DNA of 28,407 nucleotides from Candidatus Sumerlaeia bacterium (GTDB lineage Bacteria > Sumerlaeota > Sumerlaeia > SLMS01). Position numbers and translations under genes: made by a program. The stretch's first letter is position 1; every line of letters begins with the position of its first letter. The notes below the pieces were generated by a model that ran no database searches, was not told the origin of the DNA, and saw only the letters and a program-made list of their open reading frames with translations. Below, in pieces: positions 8,623 through 15,973 of the stretch. The DNA is taken from the NCBI GenBank assembly GCA_038208905.1, contig JBBQYG010000040.1:1-28407 (forward strand), read 5' to 3'.

Positions 8623-9915
8623 ATGGATTCCCGCTCGCCCGTCTTCCAGTTGCTCAAACCCCGGAATCTGGTGGCCCTGCTGGCGGGCCTGTGCACAGTC
8701 CTCGCCGTCGCAACCCACAATCCGCTCATGGTCATGCTCTCCGCCGCATCGCTCGCTACGATTCTGGTGTCGGGGCTGCGCGTTTGGGGACTGTTGGAGA
8801 ACGTCCGCGTGGAGCGCGATCACCATCCGCGCGTCTTCCAGGGGAACAGTGTCGCCGTTTCGCTCCGCATCAGCGGCAGCGAGCGACGCACGCCGGAGCT
8901 GCTCCTTGTGGAGGACAGCTTTCCCCCCTCCACCACCAGCCGAATCCGACGCCTGGTCGAACACCCCATCGGACGCGAGTTCGGGGTGCAGTTCCAGTAT
9001 TTCGGCCTATGCGAGCATCGACGCGGCCTGTATATACTCGGGCCCGTCAGGCTCCAGGCGGCGGATGAACTGGGGTTTTTCCAGCGCGAGCTCTTCATGG
9101 AGGACTTCAGCGAGCTGGTGATCTATCCCCAGGCGGTGGACCTCCATCAGCTCGATCTTCTGGGCGCGGGGACGCTTGCCCATGTTGGCCTGGAGACCAC
9201 TCGACGCACCGGCGCCAGCGAGGAGTTCCTCGGCGTGCGCGAGTATCGGCCCGGCGATCCCATCAGCCTCGTCCATTGGCGGTCCACCGCCCATCACGAC
9301 CGATTGATGGTGAAAGAATTCCAGGAGGAGATGACCACGGTCGTCACGTTCTTCCTCGATCTTGGCAGGCTTGGGCTTGTGGGCGTCGGCGACCAGACGT
9401 CGGTGGAGTATGGCATCAAGTGTTGCGCCAGCATGGCGAAGCGGGCCGTCGAGCGTGGCCATCAGGTGGGGCTTTTCGCGGTTGGCGCCACGGTCGAGCA
9501 CCTCCCCCCCGGCGGCGGCACCGCGCACCTGCTGGCTTTGTTGGATCGCCTGGCGTTCGTCAAGCCGATGGGCGATTCGGGATTCGCGGCGGTGGTGCGC
9601 GACCTTGCCAAGGGGCTCCCACGCGGCAGCACCGCGGTGCTCGTCATGGGGGCGACAACGATCGACTTCGACGCGCTGGCGCCAGGCATCGCGCTGCTCA
9701 TCGACCGCCGGATTCTGCCGGTGGTTGTGGCCATCGACGACCGCGCGTTCATTAAGATTTTTCAGGAGCAGGAGGAGCGCCACTATCGGGCTCTTCCGCT
9801 GGAGGACATCGTGAACTTACTCCGCCTCATGGGGGCTCGAGTCCACGTCGTGCGCCGGGCCAAGAGCATGGGCGAGGCCCTCGTCGCGGGCCTCGAGCAG
9901 GAGGCTGTCTCGTGA
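8623..9915 (+). CDS. DUF58 domain protein (MoxR-associated, VWA-like)
   Basis: N-terminal hydrophobic helices, RRGLY.LGP, D.LGFF, IYP, EFLGVREYRPGD....HWRSTA...LMVKEF. Confidence 0.92.
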   Translation: MDSRSPVFQLLKPRNLVALLAGLCTVLAVATHNPLMVMLSAASLATILVSGLRVWGLLENVRVERDHHPRVFQGNSVAVSLRISGSERRTPELLLVEDSFPPSTTSRIRRLVEHPIGREFGVQFQYFGLCEHRRGLYILGPVRLQAADELGFFQRELFMEDFSELVIYPQAVDLHQLDLLGAGTLAHVGLETTRRTGASEEFLGVREYRPGDPISLVHWRSTAHHDRLMVKEFQEEMTTVVTFFLDLGRLGLVGVGDQTSVEYGIKCCASMAKRAVERGHQVGLFAVGATVEHLPPGGGTAHLLALLDRLAFVKPMGDSGFAAVVRDLAKGLPRGSTAVLVMGATTIDFDALAPGIALLIDRRILPVVVAIDDRAFIKIFQEQEERHYRALPLEDIVNLLRLMGARVHVVRRAKSMGEALVAGLEQEAVS

Positions 9916-11156
9916 GTTCCACGACCTCCCAGGAAAGTCTCTCGTTGGACCTCTCGGAAGTACACGAAGGCATTCAGGTCTCGCGCGTGACCGTGGAGCG
10001 CATGCACCTCTTCTGCACGGCGCTGACCTGCTTCTTCGCCCTCGCCGCGGCGCTCGCGCGACGGGGGGAAATCGGCATCGCCCTCGCTGCGTCCTTGGCG
10101 GTGCTGTGCCTCGTCGCGCTGATCGTGTCCCATTCGATTAGAGTTCTGCTGGGCGACTTCTATCGTCAGTTCCGCTACAAGGAAAAGTTTCTTCTCTTCC
10201 TCGCGCATTGCGTCGCGCTGGTCCTGCCGTCGCTCGCGCTCGGAGTGCGCGGGTGGGAGATGGCGCTGGCGGCGCTTCTGCTTTTCCTCTGCGTGCAGGG
10301 GATCGACCGCGTCTTCTTTGGGCGAATCTATGCGGTGACGCTCGCGCTGACGGTGTTCCTTGGAATTGCGCGCGATCCCGCGCTGCCGATGTGGATCGTG
10401 ATGGGGTGGTACGCATCGCTGCTGCTTGCAATACGCTTCGGTCATGTGCGGTTTCGGCTCGATGCCTATGGCGAGGGCGACGGGCTGGATTTGGGCGATA
10501 CCCTCCGCCGGACGATGATTCCTGTCCTCGTGCCATGCGCCGTTGGCGGAGTCGCTTGGCTGGCGGCGCGGATGTGGCTCTCGCCGCGCGCGCTGGTCAT
10601 TCCGGGATTCCAGTTTCAGGATCCCGGATTCCATCAGGCGAGCTCCACGGCCAAGCTCCTGTGGGACGCCTTCTTCATCGTCATGGCGATCATCGCGGTC
10701 ATTGTGATCCTTGGCCTCATCGACAAGAAGCTGCGAAGGCGGAAGCGTTCCGCCGCGCCGGATGAAGAAGCAGCCACCGGCGCGCTTTCCCTGTTCCGCG
10801 TCCCCGCCAAGGAAACCGCCGGGCTGCGGGTGGATCCAGGGAGCGGCCCGCGGGAACGAATCCTCGCGACGTTCGCCCAGTTCTCCCATCGTCTGGAACC
10901 GCTTGGCCACTCCCGCCGGGAGGACGAAACCGCCGACGACTGGATCGAGCGCCTGGTGCAGCACTACTCCGCCATCCGCCCCATGAGCGACCGCTTGCGC
11001 CGCACGTTCAATGCCGCCTGCTACCATACGCCGGAGCCCACCGATGCCGATGCGAATGGCTTTGCCCAGCAGGTGGATACCGGCATCGGAATCGTCCGCG
11101 CTGAACTGGAACACCGCCAGCGCGAATCCGCCGCGACGCGTCGGCCCCCGCGCTGA
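9912..11156 (+). CDS. Multi-pass membrane protein with probable C-terminal DUF4129-like domain
   Basis: About 8 hydrophobic segments, a basic stop-transfer KKLRRRKR, then G.SRR.DET..DW..RL...F..ACY. GTG start overlaps the DUF58 stop. Confidence 0.7.
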   Translation: MSSTTSQESLSLDLSEVHEGIQVSRVTVERMHLFCTALTCFFALAAALARRGEIGIALAASLAVLCLVALIVSHSIRVLLGDFYRQFRYKEKFLLFLAHCVALVLPSLALGVRGWEMALAALLLFLCVQGIDRVFFGRIYAVTLALTVFLGIARDPALPMWIVMGWYASLLLAIRFGHVRFRLDAYGEGDGLDLGDTLRRTMIPVLVPCAVGGVAWLAARMWLSPRALVIPGFQFQDPGFHQASSTAKLLWDAFFIVMAIIAVIVILGLIDKKLRRRKRSAAPDEEAATGALSLFRVPAKETAGLRVDPGSGPRERILATFAQFSHRLEPLGHSRREDETADDWIERLVQHYSAIRPMSDRLRRTFNAACYHTPEPTDADANGFAQQVDTGIGIVRAELEHRQRESAATRRPPR

Positions 11157-11259
11157 ACCGCTTTTCAATTCGCGGGTGCTCCATCGCGATTTTCCCCTGT
11201 CCCTTCACCCGCCCCCTGCTCCACCCTCCGCCACCATTTTGCCGGAGGAGATTCCCGCG

Positions 11260-12375
11260 ATGCCCGTCCCCTTTATCGAACTGAAGCGCTTCGAGCCCGA
11301 CTTCCTCGCCCGCTGGGCGGAGAAGTGCGCGGAAATTTCCGCCAAGACGATGTTCGTCGGCGGACCCGAGACGCAGAAGCTCGAGGAGTCCCTCCAGAAG
11401 CGCAGCGGCGTCGCGGCTGTCGTGGGTTGCGCAAACGGCACCGACGCAATCCAGCTCGCACTTCGGGCCGTCGGCGTCGGGCAGGGCGATGTGGTTCTGA
11501 TTCCCGACGCCACGTTCTGGGCCACGTTCGAGGCTGTTGTGAACGTGGGCGCGCGTCCCGTGACGGTGGACATCGACCTGACCGATTTGCAGATGGACTT
11601 CGACCTGTTTGCGAAGGCCATCGACACCTACAAGCCCAAGGCCGCGATCCTCGTCCATCTCTACGGCTGGGGCACTGCGCGGCTCGCCGACTTCCGGCGC
11701 CTGTGTGTTGAGAAGAATGTCCTCCTCATCGAGGACGGCGCCCAGTCGTTCGACGTGGAAGTGAACGGAGAATCGATCTACAAGGGCGCCCTCCTTTCCA
11801 CCGTCAGCTTCTATCCCGCCAAGGTGCTCGGCTCGTGCGGCGACGCGGGCGCTGTGTATTGCTCGACTCCCGAACTGGCCGACACGATCCGCAAGCTGGG
11901 CAACCACGGGCGCACGTCGCACTATGGCTATGGCCTCGTCGGATGGAACAGCCGCATGGGCGGATTCGATGCCGCGTTCCTGAACCTGTGCATCGAATAT
12001 CTGGAGCCCCGCCTCGCCTCGCGTCGCGCCGTCGCGGCCAAGTATCGCGCCGCCTACGAGAAGCTGGGAGTGTGCCACGTCGGCCCGCCCAAGGGATACC
12101 ATGAGAACGGCTATCTGAGCGTCGCCCTTTTTGAACCGGAAAAGCGCCCCCGCGTGGAGGCCGTGCTCAAGGAGCACGGCATTGGCTTTGGGAACGTATA
12201 TCCCGGCGCGATGTCGCTACAGCCCGGCGCCGAAGGCCATATCGCCGGCAAGGTCGGCGGAGCGAAGGCCGACACGCTGTCTCGCGGCGTGCTCAACCTG
12301 CCGCTCTATGCGTATATGCGCGACGAGGAAGTGGACGAAGTGCTGCGCGTCTTTGCCCACGCCATCAAGGCTTAG
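11260..12375 (+). CDS. DegT/DnrJ/EryC1/StrS PLP-dependent sugar aminotransferase
   Basis: NGTDAIQLAL, TFWAT, VHLYG, IEDGAQ, SFYPAKVLG..GDAG (PLP lysine), GWNSRM. GGAGG RBS upstream. Confidence 0.95.
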   Translation: MPVPFIELKRFEPDFLARWAEKCAEISAKTMFVGGPETQKLEESLQKRSGVAAVVGCANGTDAIQLALRAVGVGQGDVVLIPDATFWATFEAVVNVGARPVTVDIDLTDLQMDFDLFAKAIDTYKPKAAILVHLYGWGTARLADFRRLCVEKNVLLIEDGAQSFDVEVNGESIYKGALLSTVSFYPAKVLGSCGDAGAVYCSTPELADTIRKLGNHGRTSHYGYGLVGWNSRMGGFDAAFLNLCIEYLEPRLASRRAVAAKYRAAYEKLGVCHVGPPKGYHENGYLSVALFEPEKRPRVEAVLKEHGIGFGNVYPGAMSLQPGAEGHIAGKVGGAKADTLSRGVLNLPLYAYMRDEEVDEVLRVFAHAIKA

Positions 12376-13450
12376 CAAGCAGTTCGCGGTACATCTCGAC
12401 CGTCAGCGCGCTCGTCCGCCGAATCGAGAAATCCCCCGCCCTCGCATGGGCCGCGCGACCCATGCGGGCGATGGCTTCGCGGTCCTTCGCCAAGCCCGAG
12501 ATGGCCGCTACCCATGCGCCGAGACCGTCGCCAAGGCAGATGCCGGAGCTGGTATCGGCGAGCACCTCGCGGTTCGGCGAAATATCCGCCACCACGAATC
12601 CCCTTCCGCCAGCGCAGACTTCCAGTAGCGAGTTCGACAGGCCCTCGCGATCGCTCGCCGACAGGTAGAGATCCCCCGCCTGTATCGACGGGCGTATATC
12701 CGCCTGCAGGCCGGGAAAGCGCACCACATCGGCGACACCCAGCTCCGCGGCGCGCGCCTTCACGCGGTCGAGTTCCGGTCCCTCGCCGATCAGGTCCATC
12801 GTGAACGCTACGCCAGCACCGCGGAGCGCCGCGGCCAACTCCACCAACATCGTCACGCGCTTCTGCCGGACGAAACGCCCCGCCCAGAAGAGCGCGACCG
12901 GCGCGCCGGACGGCGCCTCCCGCGACGGGGGAGCAACGGGCGGAACCTCCACCCCGTTGTGAATCGTCGCGAGGCGCGCCTTCAGTCCCAGCGATTCCAG
13001 AGGCTCCCTCACCGCGCCCGAAATCGCGACGATGCGGTCCGGCATTCGCGCCGTCCACCGGATCATGCGGCGCTGGCTTTCGCCGCGCCAGGGCGTCTGG
13101 CTGTGATAGCTGTTCACCAGCCGCGCCCGCGACCCAAGGCGACACGCCAGGTTCGCCGCCATGTTGGAGGCATACATGTGGGAATGCACCACATCGAACA
13201 TTCCGCGATTGATAAGCGCGCGGAGCCTGAGAATACCAATCGGGTCCAGCCGCGAACGGAACGGCACCATGTGGATCGGGACACCCAACTCGCGGAATCG
13301 CGGCGCCATGTCGCCCTCGAAACGCAGGCAGCAAACCTCCACTTCCACGCCCGCATCGCGCAGGTGCGGAATCAGGCGCAGCAACATGCGCTGCACGCCC
13401 CCCACCTGGAGGTCATAGATAACGCGAAGCACTCGGATCGGCGTAGCCAT
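12365..13450 (-). CDS. Glycosyltransferase family 4 (GT-B fold)
   Basis: L.VGGVQR, DVVHSH, IHNGV, AGRF..QK, S..EGLSNSLLE. Confidence 0.92.
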   Translation of the reverse strand: MATPIRVLRVIYDLQVGGVQRMLLRLIPHLRDAGVEVEVCCLRFEGDMAPRFRELGVPIHMVPFRSRLDPIGILRLRALINRGMFDVVHSHMYASNMAANLACRLGSRARLVNSYHSQTPWRGESQRRMIRWTARMPDRIVAISGAVREPLESLGLKARLATIHNGVEVPPVAPPSREAPSGAPVALFWAGRFVRQKRVTMLVELAAALRGAGVAFTMDLIGEGPELDRVKARAAELGVADVVRFPGLQADIRPSIQAGDLYLSASDREGLSNSLLEVCAGGRGFVVADISPNREVLADTSSGICLGDGLGAWVAAISGLAKDREAIARMGRAAHARAGDFSIRRTSALTVEMYRELLAKP

Positions 13451-13532
13451 GCGCGAGTTTCATCGCCGATGGCGGGGCGGGCGCCAGAGATTTCCCTTGC
13501 ATGCCCCCACCCGCCAGAACCTCATCCCGCCC

Positions 13533-13584
13533 GTTGATCGACGCACGTGGGCCGCTCGCAAGAGCGGCCCACCGTCGTTTCAAC
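13533..13584 (+). promoter_or_regulatory. nusA leader hairpin (rimP-leader-like attenuator or pause hairpin)
   Basis: Perfect 11-bp stem GTGGGCCGCTC-GCAA-GAGCGGCCCAC (13547-13572), extended by CGACG/CGTCG and GTTGA/TCAAC, about 55 nt before the nusA ATG. Confidence 0.65.
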
Positions 13585-13637
13585 CCCAGTTTACCGGCAC
13601 CCTCAGACCGCGCCCGCGGAAAGGCAGACTCGCAATC

Positions 13638-15140
13638 ATGGCCAAGAAGAAACCCGAAATTCAGGCAATCAACCTCAAGGCGCTCATCAAGCAGCTCGCC
13701 AAGGAGAAGGACCTCGAGCCGGAGGTCATCAAGTTCGCCGTCGAGTCCGCCATTCTCAGCGCCGCCCAGAAGCGCGCCAAGGCCTTCAACAACGCCCAGC
13801 CCGAACTCAACCTCGAAACCGGCGACATGCGCATCTTCGTCACCAAGAAGGTCGTGATCACCGTCGGCGACGACAAGCACGAGATCGACATCATCTCCGC
13901 CAAGGCCCAGGACCCCAAGTTCATGCTGGGGCAGGAAGTGAAGGTCGAAATCGATCCCGAGGAGTTCGGCCGCATCGCCGCCCAGTCGGTCCGCCAGGGC
14001 ATCCTCCAGCGCCTTCGCGACGCGGAGCGCGACCGCGTCTATAACGACTTCAAGGACAAGGTCGGCCAGGTGGTCACAGGCATCCTCCAGCGCTACGAGC
14101 GCCGCGACGGCATCGTCGCCCTCGGCAAGGTGGAGTGCCTCCTTCCCGGCCAGGAAATTCCCATGGGTGTGCGCCATCGCTTCGGCGACCGCGTCCGCTG
14201 CCTCATCGTTGACGTGCGCCGCACGCCGAAGGGTCCCCAGGTCATCCTTTCGCGCACTCGTTCCGAATTGGTGAAGCAGCTCTTCGCCACCGAAGTCCCC
14301 GAGATCAGCGACGGCACCGTCCGCATCATCGAAATCGCCCGCGAGCCCGGCGTCCGCACCAAGATCGCCGTGCAGTCCATGGACCACAATGTGGACCCCG
14401 TCGGCGCATGCGTCGGCATGAAGGGCTCCCGCGTTCAGATGATCGTCCGCGAGCTCGACAACGAGAAGATCGACATCGTCCCTTGGTCGCCGATCCCCGA
14501 GAACTTCATCACCTCCGCCCTGAACCCCGCCCAGATCGTCAGCATCCGTCTCCTCCCCGTGGAGAAGCGCGCCGAGGTCATCGTGGAACGCGACTCCCTC
14601 AGCAAGGCCATCGGCAAGCGCGGCCAGAACGCCAAGCTCGCCGCCAAGCTCACCGGATGGAAGATCGACATCGGCGAGCAGGAGGAGGCCGAGACCATCG
14701 CCCGCCTCGACGCGCTCAACCTCAAGTACCTGGACGACTTCCTTGCCCAGGTCGAGGGCCTTCCCGAGATCGCCCGCGCCGCCATCGCCAAGAGCAGCGA
14801 CTACAACTCCGTCGAAAAGCTGGCCGATTGCGAGCCCAAGGACCTCTTCAACTTCACCGGCGACAACCTCGTTGTGGCCGAGGAGATCGTCACCGGCGCC
14901 CGCGAATACCTCGAGGAACTCCGCGAGATGACCGCCACCAGCAGCGCCCAGGTGGAGCTCACGCCGGAGGATATCGAGTTCCTCAGCAAGGCCGAGAACC
15001 TTGCCAACCTCCTTGGCGGCAAGGTCTTCTCCGCCGCCCCCGAAGACGCCCCCGACCCCGACGCCGTGGCCCCGGAGGACATCGAGGTCAACGAGGAGAT
15101 CGAGACGCGCATCGTGGATTCGGGAAGCAGCGGCGAGTAG
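13638..15140 (+). CDS. nusA: Transcription termination/antitermination factor NusA
   Basis: FGRIAAQ, S1 domain, LSRT, EVPEI.DG, AREPG.RTKIAV, DPVGACVGMKGSR, AIGKRGQNAKLAAKLTGWKIDI, plus an acidic C-terminal extension. Confidence 0.98.
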   Translation: MAKKKPEIQAINLKALIKQLAKEKDLEPEVIKFAVESAILSAAQKRAKAFNNAQPELNLETGDMRIFVTKKVVITVGDDKHEIDIISAKAQDPKFMLGQEVKVEIDPEEFGRIAAQSVRQGILQRLRDAERDRVYNDFKDKVGQVVTGILQRYERRDGIVALGKVECLLPGQEIPMGVRHRFGDRVRCLIVDVRRTPKGPQVILSRTRSELVKQLFATEVPEISDGTVRIIEIAREPGVRTKIAVQSMDHNVDPVGACVGMKGSRVQMIVRELDNEKIDIVPWSPIPENFITSALNPAQIVSIRLLPVEKRAEVIVERDSLSKAIGKRGQNAKLAAKLTGWKIDIGEQEEAETIARLDALNLKYLDDFLAQVEGLPEIARAAIAKSSDYNSVEKLADCEPKDLFNFTGDNLVVAEEIVTGAREYLEELREMTATSSAQVELTPEDIEFLSKAENLANLLGGKVFSAAPEDAPDPDAVAPEDIEVNEEIETRIVDSGSSGE

Positions 15141-15273
15141 GGAGACTCCCATACTCCCCGCCAGTGTTGCCGGCTTCGTGAGTGGGCTATCGAGAAAGCC
15201 CCGCGCTCGAGATGCGACAATTTGGTCCGTTGCGCTAGTTCCGTGCATAGGCGGAACTAGCGGCCCCCAGAAC

Positions 15274-15456
15274 TCACGGAAGGCTCGGGGTGCAACCTAG
15301 GTTGTTCCATTCGTTTATACACGACTGTGGCGGGCCGGACCCTGAACTTGTTGGACAGTCGCATATATGCGTATATCCGTCGTACTCCGCGCCATTGCTG
15401 CACAAGCGATATACAACTGCCTGGTAGCAGAGATCGTCATACTCGATGCATATCAT
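15274..15456 (-). CDS. Cys-rich 60-aa ORF (7 Cys), probable 3' part of a frameshifted secreted mini-protein
   Basis: Overlaps the upstream ORF as ATGA and lies in a lower-GC segment downstream of a strong promoter. Confidence 0.5.
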   Translation of the reverse strand: MICIEYDDLCYQAVVYRLCSNGAEYDGYTHICDCPTSSGSGPPQSCINEWNNLGCTPSLP

Positions 15457-15653
15457 TGACAGGTTCCGGTTTTCGGTTCGGATGAAGGGTAGCTATCAAG
15501 GGCGAAACCAACCCTCACGGCTCCCAAGTCATTCGGCTTGCTCGGTGGAAACTCCAGCCAAGACCAGAGTAGAATGAGGCCACCCGCCGCCAGCAGTCCA
15601 ACCGGCAGTACTTTATTCCAAATGGTGGGATTGTGGGTGAGTGATGGCTTCAC
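15453..15653 (-). CDS. 66-aa ORF with one hydrophobic segment (signal or anchor), probable 5' part of the same gene
   Basis: GTG start with AGGA about 10 nt upstream; VLPVGLLAAGGLILLWSWL hydrophobic stretch; ends TGTCQ. Confidence 0.5.
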   Translation of the reverse strand: MKPSLTHNPTIWNKVLPVGLLAAGGLILLWSWLEFPPSKPNDLGAVRVGFALDSYPSSEPKTGTCQ

Positions 15654-15750
15654 TGGTGCCGATTCCTACCCTTTTCCGCATGATGCCTATGCAAAACATG
15701 CGGTAATTTGATTGGTTCGCGGCGCGAAGGCAAGTTGTTTTTTTTCTTTG

Positions 15751-15778
15751 ATTATACCAAGTATTTTCAGAGTCGCAA
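15751..15778 (-). promoter_or_regulatory. Near-consensus sigma70 promoter with extended -10
   Basis: TTGCGA-N16-TATAAT with TG immediately upstream (TGGTATAAT) on the minus strand, about 100 nt before GTG 15653. Confidence 0.65.
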
Positions 15779-15907
15779 TTGGCAGCGGAAGTCCACGCGA
15801 AGGAGTGCCGGCAGGGGACTGGCCGCCAATTGCGAGCCCGTCCTGCATCTACACTTTCCTTTGCCAGCAGACATGTTCCTCCCCCCCGACTCAGCGGATT
15901 TCTCGGT

Positions 15908-15950
15908 GAAAAGACAATTGCCCCCCTGGCCGGTGAGTCGGCAGGGGGGC
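15908..15950 (-). terminator. Probable terminator hairpin after the GH18 gene
   Basis: GCCCCCCT(G)GCCG-loop-CGGCAGGGGGGC (15920-15950), followed on the minus strand by AATTGTCTTTT. Confidence 0.5.
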
Positions 15951-15973
15951 GGATGATCAGTCTGGCGTCGGTG

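Noticed and set aside
13413..15248. 611-aa minus-strand ORF
   Set aside because: Antisense shadow of the strongly codon-biased nusA.
15453..15455. Selenocysteine or readthrough at TGA in TGT-CAA-TGA
   Set aside because: The in-frame continuation is featureless and no SECIS-like hairpin was recognised; the Cys-rich sequence lies in a different frame.
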